The position numbers and the translations under genes were made by a program. DNA of 64,000 bases from Candidatus Woesearchaeota archaeon (lineage in GTDB: Archaea; Nanobdellota; Nanobdellia; SCGC-AAA011-G17; PNOQ01). Below are positions 41,719-52,000 of this stretch, one piece after another. The notes under the pieces were generated by a model. It searched no databases. It saw only the letters and a list, made by a program, of their open reading frames with translations, and was not told the DNA's origin. Position 1 is the first letter of the stretch. Every line of letters starts with the position of its first letter. The stretch is taken from NCBI GenBank assembly GCA_043812195.1, contig JBDRML010000016.1, positions 1 through 64,000 on the forward strand, given 5' to 3'.

Positions 41719-43212
41719 ATGACTGATTATTCTAAAACTTTGATAAAAGGAACAAGTGTTATTTTCATTGCAACAATAAGCACAAGTCTAATTGGTTATT
41801 TTCTAAAATTATTATTAGCAAAAAACTTAACTATAACGGAATTTGGATTAGTTTATTCAATAATAGCATTATTCGGAGTTTTTCTAATATTGCCTGGAAT
41901 AGGATCAGGCAAAGCATTAGTTAGATTTATAACAGAATACAAGACCAAAAATAAATTAAAAGAAATTAAAACAACCATACTAACAAGTTTCTTAATCAAC
42001 ATGTGTTTATCTCTAACAATAGGCCTTATATTAATTATATTTTCAGAACCAATAGCTCTAAATTATTTACATGATATAACCAAATCATCTTACATAAGAT
42101 TATATGCTATAGCATTTATTCTTACCCCTACAATAAGTATATTTAAATCTATTTTTGCAGGATTCAAAAAAAGTAAATATTATTCAATAATAGACTTATC
42201 AAAAATGTTAACAATCCTAATTTTCGCTTATATCTTCCTAAAATTAAACTTGGGTGTAACAGGGGTATTTTTAGCCTACATTTTAGTATATATTCTACCA
42301 ATAATATTCTATTTCCCATTACTAATAAAAAAAGTATTTCCAACTTTCTTAAAGGTAAAAGCAGGAATCAAATCACAAAAAGCAAAAAGATTAATAAAAT
42401 TTGGGATACCCCTCACAATAGCAAGTACAGCAGGTATGATATTTGGATACATGGACACAGTGATAATCACTTTCTTTAGATCTCTAGAAGAAGTAGCACT
42501 ATACAATGTAGGATTGCCAACTATAAGAATTGTATGGAACTTTGAAAGGGCTCTAACTGTAATACTTTTTCCAATAGCAGTAGAATTATGGCTCCAAAAA
42601 GATAAAACCAGATTCAGAAACGGAATAAAAAATCTCTACAAATACATTTTAATTATAATAATACCATTTACTATGGTCTTATTCATATTTCCTGAATTAA
42701 TCCTCAAAGTATTATTTGGCCAAGCATTTGTGGGGGCTGCTAGTGTAGTGAGAATTCTTGCAATCACATCGCTAATTATAGTTTTAGCAAGAATAAATAT
42801 AGCCATAATAACCAGCATAGGAAAACCAAGCATTATAACTAAAGTAATGGTAATAGGCGCGCTGATAAATATTATAATAAACCTAATTTTAATCCCGATA
42901 ATAGGTATAAATGGTGCTGCGATATCCACAGCAGCCGCCTTTTCATTTATATTGATTTACACACATAATAATCTAAAAAAATTAGCACAAATAAATTTCC
43001 CAGTAGGAAAAATAATCAAAATATTATTAATCAGCACAATTATAACTATTACAGCTTACATTTTAAAAGAAATTATTCAAATAAATATCTATTTAGAATC
43101 TATAATTATAATATTAATAGGAATGATAATCTACACAACTCTGATTTTTGTATTCAAAGTCTTAACTCCAAAAGAAGTTAAAAATCTGCTTAACAAGCTT
43201 AAAAATAAATAA
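41719..43212 (+). CDS. Wzx/MOP-family oligosaccharide flippase
   Basis: About 14 TMs; EFGL, DTVII..EVALYN, GINGAAIST. Confidence 0.9.
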   Translation: MTDYSKTLIKGTSVIFIATISTSLIGYFLKLLLAKNLTITEFGLVYSIIALFGVFLILPGIGSGKALVRFITEYKTKNKLKEIKTTILTSFLINMCLSLTIGLILIIFSEPIALNYLHDITKSSYIRLYAIAFILTPTISIFKSIFAGFKKSKYYSIIDLSKMLTILIFAYIFLKLNLGVTGVFLAYILVYILPIIFYFPLLIKKVFPTFLKVKAGIKSQKAKRLIKFGIPLTIASTAGMIFGYMDTVIITFFRSLEEVALYNVGLPTIRIVWNFERALTVILFPIAVELWLQKDKTRFRNGIKNLYKYILIIIIPFTMVLFIFPELILKVLFGQAFVGAASVVRILAITSLIIVLARINIAIITSIGKPSIITKVMVIGALINIIINLILIPIIGINGAAISTAAAFSFILIYTHNNLKKLAQINFPVGKIIKILLISTIITITAYILKEIIQINIYLESIIIILIGMIIYTTLIFVFKVLTPKEVKNLLNKLKNK

Positions 43213-43238
43213 TAAATCTGACAAAACTAAAAAGATAA

Positions 43239-44012
43239 TTAATATTCAACTTTGAAAGTATTTTCTAAAGCTGTGGGCCCATGAGAAAACACACGAGTCC
43301 CTTCAGCCATTGTTTCGAGTATTATTCTATCCATAAATTCTCTTTGTGAAGGTAAGGTTCTACCAGTTTCACCTAATTTAGGTTTATAAAAATAATTACC
43401 ACCATAATAACTAGAATCACTAGAAACCTCATTACTAAATTCAACACCATACAAATGAATTGAAGATGCACCCATGACATGAGCGACTTGTAGAGCCATA
43501 CATGCACTTGTACCCCCAACATTAATCGCCTTTTGATGTCTTCTAGAAACTGGAACAGGATTCTTAGATCCAGCAATATAATGCATTAATAAATGTGGCT
43601 CAGAAGGGCTAGGTAATTGTAAAAAAAGATTATTGATATGTTCATCTCTGCTAGAAACCCATCTTAATCCTAATTCAGTAGTTTTAACTAAACTAGGTTT
43701 CTCATCCATATATTTTTCATATTCATTAATAAATTTATTCCTAATCTTTTCATCAGGATAAAATTTGGGAGAGTAAATAGCTGAATGTGGTTTAATTATA
43801 CATTGCACATCCTCATCCAAATCCAAAAACCAACTTCTAGTATGTGCAGCTTGGTCTCCAGAAAGAAAAATATCTCTTCCATGAAGTAAATAACCCGCAC
43901 CATTAACACCAATAACAATGTCTTCCCCTCTATTAAAAATCATAACAGAAGGAGCAGAACCTAAAACAGCAATTTCAGTACCATAATAAATATTTCTTAC
44001 TTTATCAAGCAT
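43239..44012 (-). CDS. DUF115/MAF (MptE-like) family protein, possible nonulosonate transferase
   Basis: AVLGSAPS, IGVN, ALQVAHVMGASSIHLYGVEF. Confidence 0.6.
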   Translation of the reverse strand: MLDKVRNIYYGTEIAVLGSAPSVMIFNRGEDIVIGVNGAGYLLHGRDIFLSGDQAAHTRSWFLDLDEDVQCIIKPHSAIYSPKFYPDEKIRNKFINEYEKYMDEKPSLVKTTELGLRWVSSRDEHINNLFLQLPSPSEPHLLMHYIAGSKNPVPVSRRHQKAINVGGTSACMALQVAHVMGASSIHLYGVEFSNEVSSDSSYYGGNYFYKPKLGETGRTLPSQREFMDRIILETMAEGTRVFSHGPTALENTFKVEY

Positions 44013-45039
44013 TTTTTAACGTTTTAATCAGTTTTTTCTCTAATCCTAAAGCAATTTCTGTTCTATTATTGAAAAAATCATATCTTCTACTAAAATAATC
44101 TCTCTCAGCATCTGAAGACGTAGGTAAATATCCTTCACCCCACGTAACTATTAAACTATTTAACCCAACATCAGCAAGCATTAAGGGTAAGCTCTCAATC
44201 TGATCTCTAATAGAAGGATCAAATTTCCTATATTCAGAAAAACATTCTTTTAATTTATCCCAATCAACCCTATCATCAAGAGCAATATCTTTTGTTTCTT
44301 TATCAAAACAATATAAATCAGAGGTATGTATCGCATCAGTCCCTCTAAAATCCATTCTAACTAAATCATAATCAACAACAGCAACCAATTTGCCATTGTT
44401 TATCAACGCGCACCCTAAATTAAAGTCGCCATGAATCAATTGCTTAGGTTTACCTAATTTAGGTAATCTTTCTTCAACTGTACTTATCATCTCTCTAACT
44501 CTACTAACCTGAGAAAGAACATATTCATCCGTATCATTACATGCACTTCTGGGCAAATGTGGTTCTAATTCTTCAAGCAATCTTCTATGGGATTTAAAAA
44601 ATCTTGGCAAAGCTTCATATTCTTCTAAATTCTCAAATTGGCCCAATGCTAAATTAAATCTAGCTAAACCATGAAATGCTAAATTTATTTCTGATTGAAC
44701 AGATTCTCTTGGATGTCTCCCTTCAACAAATGTCATCAAGGAATAAAGGTTATTTTCAAAAGTCGTTAAGTTTTCTCCATTTATACTCTTCAAAATCTTT
44801 GGTGTAGGCACTCCACAAGCATAAACAAAATCATTTAACCTTAGTTGAAATTCTGCTATTTGGGGTGTAAAATCATAAGAATATTTCTTAACAACATACT
44901 TAGATGCATTAGAATCAGTCAAAAAAACGACTTGGTTTTTGTCTCCTTTTTCAGGAAATTCTTGATTTGGGGTAAAATCTAAATCATATGCACGTGATAA
45001 AAAATCAATCTCTTCCGGTGTAAATTTTTCCCTTAACAT
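44005..45039 (-). CDS. APH/homoserine-kinase type II-like phosphotransferase
   Basis: YVVK, GVPTP, FVEG, IHGDFN, VVDYD. Confidence 0.8.
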   Translation of the reverse strand: MLREKFTPEEIDFLSRAYDLDFTPNQEFPEKGDKNQVVFLTDSNASKYVVKKYSYDFTPQIAEFQLRLNDFVYACGVPTPKILKSINGENLTTFENNLYSLMTFVEGRHPRESVQSEINLAFHGLARFNLALGQFENLEEYEALPRFFKSHRRLLEELEPHLPRSACNDTDEYVLSQVSRVREMISTVEERLPKLGKPKQLIHGDFNLGCALINNGKLVAVVDYDLVRMDFRGTDAIHTSDLYCFDKETKDIALDDRVDWDKLKECFSEYRKFDPSIRDQIESLPLMLADVGLNSLIVTWGEGYLPTSSDAERDYFSRRYDFFNNRTEIALGLEKKLIKTLKNA

Positions 45040-45137
45040 AAAAAAAGAATTTAACGACTACTTATAAAGTTTACTAATATTAAAAAAATTAGAAATTATT
45101 CCACAAGCTTTTTAAACAAATATCATTTCTCAAACTC

Positions 45138-45887
45138 ATGCAAAACAATAAAGTATTAGCTATAATCCCTGCAAGAGGTGGTTCTAAAGGAATTCCAAGA
45201 AAAAACATAAAACCATTTCTAGGCAAACCATTAATAACATACACAATTAAATTAGCATTATCTTGTCCAGAAATAGACAAAGTAATTGTTTCTACAGATG
45301 ACGAAGAAATAGCTCAAATTTCTAAAGAAGCTGGAGCAGAAATACCTTTCATAAGACCTGAAGAATTGGCAAGAGATGATACACCAGCCATTCCTGTATT
45401 CAGACATGTTATAAAATTCTTAGAAGAAAAAAACGAACATTATGAAAATATATTAATTCTAGAACCAACAGCACCACTAAGAACAAAAGAACACATTTTA
45501 CAAACAATAAAAACACTAAAAGAAGAAGATGTTGAAACAGTAGTAAGCGTCAGAAAATTTGATATAGATTTCACAGATGTACTTGAAAAAAATGAAAACA
45601 ATTATCTAACACCTTTTTTAGGAACTAAAACAACAATCAGAAGACAAGATACAAAAGATGTCTACATAATGGATGCAGCAATCTACGGAGTCAAAAGAGA
45701 TGCATTAATGGATGAATCATTAATCATGCTTAACCCATACAAAGGAAGAAATCCACAATTAAAAACAAAAATGGTATTATCAAATCCAAATCTATCTTGT
45801 GAGATTGATAATGAAGAAGATTGGGAATATGCTGAATTTTTATACAACAAATACAAAAAAGAAATAGAAAGAGAAAAAAATGATTAA
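45138..45887 (+). CDS. neuA: CMP-nonulosonic acid synthetase
   Basis: IPARGGSKGIPRKNI, VSTDDEEI, PFIRPEELARD, PTAPLR, RRQD. Confidence 0.92.
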   Translation: MQNNKVLAIIPARGGSKGIPRKNIKPFLGKPLITYTIKLALSCPEIDKVIVSTDDEEIAQISKEAGAEIPFIRPEELARDDTPAIPVFRHVIKFLEEKNEHYENILILEPTAPLRTKEHILQTIKTLKEEDVETVVSVRKFDIDFTDVLEKNENNYLTPFLGTKTTIRRQDTKDVYIMDAAIYGVKRDALMDESLIMLNPYKGRNPQLKTKMVLSNPNLSCEIDNEEDWEYAEFLYNKYKKEIEREKND

Positions 45888-46593
45888 CATAATAGGTCCA
45901 TCTACTGGATGGTTATACGCAATTGGAACAAATACATTAGAAGAACAAGAAAAAATAATAAAAGAAGCAAATGCAAACGCATTTGAAATTTCATTCGAGC
46001 CAGAAGTACCAAGAATTAGATCTTTATTAAATGGAAGCTTTAATGGTTTCAAATATAGATCAATGCATCTACCTGAAATAGATCCAGCAAAACCTCTAGA
46101 AGCACAATTAGGAGCAATGAAATCAGTAATAAGCAAACATAAAATAGAAACAGGAGTAATTCATCCTTGTGATGTCTCTTCAAGAGATTACTGGAGAAGA
46201 ATGGTTACTTACACAATTCCTGTAGCAGCAGAAAATATGGACAAAAATAAACCAAGCGGATTCAAATTAGAAGAACTAAGAGAATTAAACGAAATTTATG
46301 GAGTAAATTTTGTATTAGATGTTCAACACGCATATGAACATGATCCAACTATGAATTATGCTAAAGAATTATTAAATATGATGGAACCTAATTTAAAACA
46401 CCTACATGTTAGTGGAGAAACAGAAGACAACTGTCATTCATTAGTATATAAAGCAAGAAACGCAGATACAATAACAGATTTCATAGGAACAGTATTATCA
46501 AGAAAGGAAGTTCCGATAATACTTGAAGGACAGTATTCAAATGCAGAAGAATTAAAAACAGAAATAGATTTCCTAAATGGTGAATTAAAATGA
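45880..46593 (+). CDS. Xylose-isomerase-like TIM-barrel protein
   Basis: MHLP, VIHP, ENMD, LDVQHA, HLHVS, ILE metal-ligand pattern. Confidence 0.7.
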   Translation: MINIIGPSTGWLYAIGTNTLEEQEKIIKEANANAFEISFEPEVPRIRSLLNGSFNGFKYRSMHLPEIDPAKPLEAQLGAMKSVISKHKIETGVIHPCDVSSRDYWRRMVTYTIPVAAENMDKNKPSGFKLEELRELNEIYGVNFVLDVQHAYEHDPTMNYAKELLNMMEPNLKHLHVSGETEDNCHSLVYKARNADTITDFIGTVLSRKEVPIILEGQYSNAEELKTEIDFLNGELK

Positions 46594-47900
46594 TAGAACC
46601 TAAAAAATTAACATTAACAAAATCTTATGATTATTGGAAAAGAGCCGTAGAAGTAATTCCAAATGGTTGCATGACCATAAGCAATGGACCAATAAGTTAC
46701 ATAACAAATGTTTCACCAATATACATTCAAAAAGGAAAGGGATGTAATGTATGGGATGTAGATGGAAATAAATTTTTAGATTTAGCTCCAGGAGGTTATT
46801 TAAAAATATTAGGCCATAACTACAAACCATTAACAAAAGCCATAATAAAACAAGTAAAAGATGATTCAATTTTCCAAATGCCACATCCGCTAGAAGTAGA
46901 AACAGCAGAAACAATAGTAAAGACAATTCCTAGTGCAGAAATGGTTAAATTTGCAAAAAACGGTGCAGATGTTTTAACTATGGGTGTAAGAGCAGCTAGA
47001 GCATACACAAACAGAGACATGATAGCTTCAGAAGGTTACCATGGAATACACGATTGGTATATCGGAACCACAGAAAGAAACAAAGGAGTTCCAGAAGCAG
47101 TCAAAAGATTAACAGCCACATTTAATTACAATGATATAGATTCACTTAAAAAAATATTCGAAAAATATCCAGACCAGATAGCATGCGTAACTTTAGAACC
47201 AGTTCAATTATCAGAGCCAAAAAATAACTTTTTACATCAAGTTAAAAAAATCACACATGAAAATGGCGCAGTATTAATGTTTGACGAGATAATAACTGGA
47301 TTCAGATTTTCACTCGCTGGAGCACAAGGTTATTTTGATATAAAACCAGATTTGTCAGCATTTGGCAAAGCAATGTCAAACGGATTCTCCTGTTCAGCTT
47401 TAGTTGGAAAATCAGATATAATGATGGAATTTGAAAAAGGTGCATTTTTCTCAACAACATACGGTGGAGAAACAACTGGACTAATAGCAGCAAAGAAAAC
47501 AATAGAAATAATGAAAGAAAAAAATGTTCACGACCATCTTTGGAAAATGGGATCCATACTAAAAAATGGAATAAATAAAATCATAAAACAAAATAATCTA
47601 CAAGACCATTATTATATTCATGGATATCCTGTTTGGACAGTAATAAAAGCAAAAGGTGATGATAAAATAGGAACAGAAAACGAAAAAACTGGCTTATTGC
47701 AACAAGAAGCAATGCAAAGAGGAATGTTAGCAGGATTATTCCATGGATTATGCTACGCACATAAAGAAAAAGATATTCAAAAAGGATTAGAGATTTACGA
47801 AGATTCTTTCAAAAAAGTTAAAAAGTACATTAATGAAGGGGATATCAAAAAACATCTAAAGGGAGAATACGGAGGAAAAGTATTCAGAAAAGTAGGTTAA
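46590..47900 (+). CDS. Class III aminotransferase (GSA-aminomutase-like, glycan-associated)
   Basis: WDVDGN, GYHGIHDW, FDEIITGFR, FGKAMSNG, STTYGGE. Confidence 0.88.
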   Translation: MIEPKKLTLTKSYDYWKRAVEVIPNGCMTISNGPISYITNVSPIYIQKGKGCNVWDVDGNKFLDLAPGGYLKILGHNYKPLTKAIIKQVKDDSIFQMPHPLEVETAETIVKTIPSAEMVKFAKNGADVLTMGVRAARAYTNRDMIASEGYHGIHDWYIGTTERNKGVPEAVKRLTATFNYNDIDSLKKIFEKYPDQIACVTLEPVQLSEPKNNFLHQVKKITHENGAVLMFDEIITGFRFSLAGAQGYFDIKPDLSAFGKAMSNGFSCSALVGKSDIMMEFEKGAFFSTTYGGETTGLIAAKKTIEIMKEKNVHDHLWKMGSILKNGINKIIKQNNLQDHYYIHGYPVWTVIKAKGDDKIGTENEKTGLLQQEAMQRGMLAGLFHGLCYAHKEKDIQKGLEIYEDSFKKVKKYINEGDIKKHLKGEYGGKVFRKVG

Positions 47901-47901
47901 T

Positions 47902-48705
47902 ATGAAATCAATAAAAGAACTATCAGATTTAAATAAAAAAGTAGCTATAATAACTGGAGCAGTCGGCAATCTGGGAATAGTTCATGCAGAAGCTCTAGCA
48001 GAATTAGGTTGTAATTTAGCACTAATAGATATTTTAGAAGATAAAGCAAGAGAATTAGCTCAAGACATTTCAAATAGATTTGGAGTTAAAGCTATAGGTC
48101 TAAAAATAGATTTATTCAAAAAAGAATCAATTGAAGAAACATTTCAAAAAATACATAATGAGATGGGAAGGATAGACATTCTAATTAACAGCGCGCAATA
48201 TTCACCACCAGAAGATATAGAACCTGTAGAAACTTTTGATAAAGATGTTTGGGATAAAGTAATGGCAATAAATGTGACTGGAACTTTCTTGTGTTGTCAA
48301 CAAGCATTAAAATATATGAAAGAAGGTGGATCAATTCTAAACATGGGCTCAATAATGGGAGTGATTGCACCAGACAGAAGAATCTATGAGGGTTCAACTT
48401 ATGATGGAAAACAAATGAACAGCCCATTAGTATATTCAACTAGTAAAGCAGCCATAATTGGATTAACAAGATATTTAGCAGTAGATTTCGCAAAGAAAAA
48501 TATCAGAGTAAACTGCATATCAGCAGCAGGCTTTGAAAGCGGCCAAACAGATTTATTCAAATCAAAATATAAAGACAAAATTCCAATGGCTAGAATGGCA
48601 AACAAAGAAGAACTTAAAGGAGCTATAGCCTATTTATGTTCAGATAATTCATCTTTCGTAACAGGTCATAATTTAATTTTAGATGGCGGCATGTCTAGCT
48701 GGTAG
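47902..48705 (+). CDS. SDR oxidoreductase (PtmA-like)
   Basis: TGAVGNLG, YSTSK, IRVNCIS, TGHNLILDGG. Confidence 0.88.
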   Translation: MKSIKELSDLNKKVAIITGAVGNLGIVHAEALAELGCNLALIDILEDKARELAQDISNRFGVKAIGLKIDLFKKESIEETFQKIHNEMGRIDILINSAQYSPPEDIEPVETFDKDVWDKVMAINVTGTFLCCQQALKYMKEGGSILNMGSIMGVIAPDRRIYEGSTYDGKQMNSPLVYSTSKAAIIGLTRYLAVDFAKKNIRVNCISAAGFESGQTDLFKSKYKDKIPMARMANKEELKGAIAYLCSDNSSFVTGHNLILDGGMSSW

Positions 48706-49840
48706 ATTTTTTCAGTCTATAACTTTTATCATAATCTCCAGCCGAAAAATATCCTTTATACGCAGGGAAGAATTTATCATTAAATTCAATATTATTCTCT
48801 TTACAGTAATTTCTTCTTAAATCAACAAATTTACCATAAACTTCTTGGTTAAAAATAATACCAGCACCTCTAAACATTCCTCTATCATCAGAAAACCCAT
48901 ATTTAAAATGATACAAAGAATCTCCAGGAGAATTTCCAGCACCTAAATGCAACCTTTTAACTCCTTTTTCCTTTAGATACTTAAAAGCCTCCCATAAAAT
49001 AAGATTAGCAGGAGATAACGTCCAATAATCTTTATCTGAACCAGAGAAATGATAATGTGCGTAATCATTTCTATGAATAAAAAAAGAGCCAGCTATTACT
49101 TTCCCATCATATTTAGCAATAAACAAAGAAGCATCATCACCTAAAAAATCCATTGTATTTTTATAAAACTCAAATGGAAAAAAATACTTCTTTCCAGTAT
49201 TAACAGCACGCATTCTTCCCAAATATAAATCAACAAAAGATTCAAGATCTCTCATATCTTTACTTTTATAAACTTGAATGCCACTTTTTTCAGCTTTTCT
49301 TATTTGATTTCTTGTTTTCTTCTTCATACTCATCAATATTTCATCAAGACTTTTAGTCAAATCAACATAAACCACATCTCTCTCATCAATAAGATTAACA
49401 TGATCTTTAAAATCAAGATAATTATCAGTCATTGGGTGAAATCTAACAAATCCAGAAACTATATTATTCTTTAAACAATATTTATTCAAACTGGCCATAG
49501 ATTCTTCAATAAGATCTTCTTTTTTACTTTGATTAGAACATTTTACAATTGGTCCATTGTATCCATAAACAGAAATTAAATCATAAAAATCAGAATTTTC
49601 AATGTAGGGCAAATCAATTTTTCTTTTCATAAAAGGAATTAAAACATAATCATTTTCATCCCCATAAACAAACATAAACGCCTCACCATTAAAAGCATCA
49701 TCAATGTCTTTTCCATAACTCTGCTCATAAATTTTATTGTATCCACAAGAATAATACACATCACAGCCACAAGAACCATCTATTAAAGAATTCCACTCTT
49801 TTTCATCCTTTGTAGTTAAAACTCTGTTAGTGTAAACCAT
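48695..49840 (-). CDS. GNAT/FemAB-like acyl or aminoacyl transferase
   Basis: SVYGYNGP, FVRFHP, TRNQIRKAEK, HYHFSGS, LHLGAG..SLYHFK. Confidence 0.8.
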   Translation of the reverse strand: MVYTNRVLTTKDEKEWNSLIDGSCGCDVYYSCGYNKIYEQSYGKDIDDAFNGEAFMFVYGDENDYVLIPFMKRKIDLPYIENSDFYDLISVYGYNGPIVKCSNQSKKEDLIEESMASLNKYCLKNNIVSGFVRFHPMTDNYLDFKDHVNLIDERDVVYVDLTKSLDEILMSMKKKTRNQIRKAEKSGIQVYKSKDMRDLESFVDLYLGRMRAVNTGKKYFFPFEFYKNTMDFLGDDASLFIAKYDGKVIAGSFFIHRNDYAHYHFSGSDKDYWTLSPANLILWEAFKYLKEKGVKRLHLGAGNSPGDSLYHFKYGFSDDRGMFRGAGIIFNQEVYGKFVDLRRNYCKENNIEFNDKFFPAYKGYFSAGDYDKSYRLKKSTS

Positions 49841-50867
49841 TTATCACCCCAACAATTCTATACATATCTCTCAAATTATACCTTTGATCTATAGGGATAG
49901 TTAAAATATTATCTGAAACATCCCACGACTCTGAAAATTCTTCTTTACTAACATCTTTAGGCAAGATCCAATGAATAGAGGGATAAATCTTATTCTGTAT
50001 CAAAAACTTTCTAATTTTATCTCTATCTTTAACTATAATAGGACATCCTAAAGGACAAACATTCTTAGAAATCTTAGGAAATAAAACCTTAACATTTTTC
50101 ATAGTTTTTAGTTTATTAACTAAGTATAAATAATTTCTTCTTCTCTTAAAAATAATCTCTCTCAAATCTATTCTATTCAATAAAAACTTAGAAATTCCAG
50201 ACATTGCAACAGGCCTATCATAACTATCAATAGATCTATCTTCAGCTTCAACAAAAAATTTCCTATAATGTTTCTTAAGAAAAATAAAATTCTTTAACAA
50301 ACCACCAATTAACCTATTAGAAACAAAATCAGTTTTAGTATGATTAACCTTAACTCTCTTATTAAAATTGCCTAAAAGAAATGCACCATCTGGCAAAGGT
50401 AAAAACTTTCTATAACTATTAAATACATAATCTCCAACAAAAGGATAGCCAGATAAAAATGATTGAACATAATCCTCAACTAATTTAATTTCATTTTTTT
50501 CACAAATTTCTTTTATTTTATTTATTTCAGGCTGAATAAACCCAAAGTAATGAATAACTAAAACAAATTTAGGTTTTTTCTTTAAAACTTTCTTCTTTAA
50601 ATCAACAATATCAACATTCAAATTCTTATCAATTTTATAAAATCCACAATCTAACCCCCATTTCTTTAATGGATCTAAAATAGAATCACAAAAATAAGAA
50701 GGCAAAAGAATATAAGAATCTTTATTTAATCCAAGATCTTTAATAATATAATCTATACAATCCCTTCCGCTAGTTAAAAGAATAGAATTTCTTAAAATAT
50801 TATTCCTCTTACTATTAAAAAACAATTCAAATCCTATTTCAAAATCACTACCAATTTCTCTAATCAT
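49827..50867 (-). CDS. DegT-like PLP-dependent sugar aminotransferase (divergent)
   Basis: EIGSDF, SGRD, LPSYFC, HYFG, NSYRK, TIPIDQRY. Confidence 0.8.
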   Translation of the reverse strand: MIREIGSDFEIGFELFFNSKRNNILRNSILLTSGRDCIDYIIKDLGLNKDSYILLPSYFCDSILDPLKKWGLDCGFYKIDKNLNVDIVDLKKKVLKKKPKFVLVIHYFGFIQPEINKIKEICEKNEIKLVEDYVQSFLSGYPFVGDYVFNSYRKFLPLPDGAFLLGNFNKRVKVNHTKTDFVSNRLIGGLLKNFIFLKKHYRKFFVEAEDRSIDSYDRPVAMSGISKFLLNRIDLREIIFKRRRNYLYLVNKLKTMKNVKVLFPKISKNVCPLGCPIIVKDRDKIRKFLIQNKIYPSIHWILPKDVSKEEFSESWDVSDNILTIPIDQRYNLRDMYRIVGVINGLH

Positions 50868-50869
50868 TT

Positions 50870-52000
50870 TTAATAGGTCATTTTTTTATTTAATAGCTTC
50901 TCACCTAATTCTATCTCTTCTAATACTTCACAAATATTTTTTTCTACATTCTCAGAATGATAAGGATTAACCATATCTTTTAACTTTTCTTTAAATTCAT
51001 TAGACAAAGCCAAAGAAATAGCTTCTCTAATCTTTTCTTCATCATGTGGAACATCAATAACATTGCCAGCTCTTTCACGTCCTTCTTCCCTAATACCTAT
51101 ATTAATACAAGGCAATTTAAACATAGGGGTTTCAACAATACCTGAACTAGAATTTCCAACCATTAAAGAAACATTTCTCAAAATCCCCATATAAACTTCC
51201 GGACTCAGATTTTTGAATACATGAAAATTAGGTAAATATTCATATCTTTTAATAGCCTCTATTATCTTATCAGAACCAGGATCATTACTTGGATAAATAA
51301 CAACAACCTGTTTATTTAAATCTCTAACAACTTTAAGGGTTAATTCCATGTATTCTCCTGCTTTCTCAAACTCAGTACTAACAGGGTGTTGCAAAACCAA
51401 TATAGTCTCCTTAGAAAAATCTACTCCAATTTTCCTTTCTAACTCTTCTTTTGAATCATATTCTTTATACAAAGGTGTTCCAGTCATAAAAACTCTCCAA
51501 GGTTCTTCACCCATTTTAATTATTCTTTCAGCGCTTTGATAAGAACCAGGTAAATGGATATGTGCAAATTTAGTTATAGAATGTCTAGTAGAATCATCAA
51601 TAGATTTAGAAACATCACCACCACAAGCATGAGCTACAGGAATATTCAAATGTGCAGCAGCAATAGCAGCAGGTAATTTCTCAAAACGATCTCCTTCTAT
51701 TAATAATATATCTGGCTTAATTTCATCTAATGCTTTAGTAATTTCAATTAAAAATTTACCAAAAAAAATCGGTGTATTTAGATTACTTTCTTGGGTATCA
51801 ACTCCTATATCAATTACCTTAGCAATCTTCAATCCAGTTTCCCTAACAAAATCCAAAGTATATCCATGTTCTCTAGATAAATGCATACCAGTAACAATTA
51901 AAGATAATTCTAAATTAGAATTTTCATCAATAGCTTTTAAGGTAGAATAGAGTAATCCAAACTCAGATCTAGATCCTGTAACACAAACAATCTTTCTCAT
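50870..52000 (-). CDS. neuC: Hydrolysing NDP-N-acetylhexosamine 2-epimerase (NeuC/LegG)
   Basis: VTGSRSEFG, TGMHL, GDRFE, RHSITK, GNSSSG. Confidence 0.92.
   Translation of the reverse strand: MRKIVCVTGSRSEFGLLYSTLKAIDENSNLELSLIVTGMHLSREHGYTLDFVRETGLKIAKVIDIGVDTQESNLNTPIFFGKFLIEITKALDEIKPDILLIEGDRFEKLPAAIAAAHLNIPVAHACGGDVSKSIDDSTRHSITKFAHIHLPGSYQSAERIIKMGEEPWRVFMTGTPLYKEYDSKEELERKIGVDFSKETILVLQHPVSTEFEKAGEYMELTLKVVRDLNKQVVVIYPSNDPGSDKIIEAIKRYEYLPNFHVFKNLSPEVYMGILRNVSLMVGNSSSGIVETPMFKLPCINIGIREEGRERAGNVIDVPHDEEKIREAISLALSNEFKEKLKDMVNPYHSENVEKNICEVLEEIELGEKLLNKKMTY

Noticed and set aside
46590-47900. hemL (tetrapyrrole synthesis)
   Set aside because: Sits in an operon with neuA and an SDR with no hem genes nearby; better read as a glycan-pathway class III aminotransferase.
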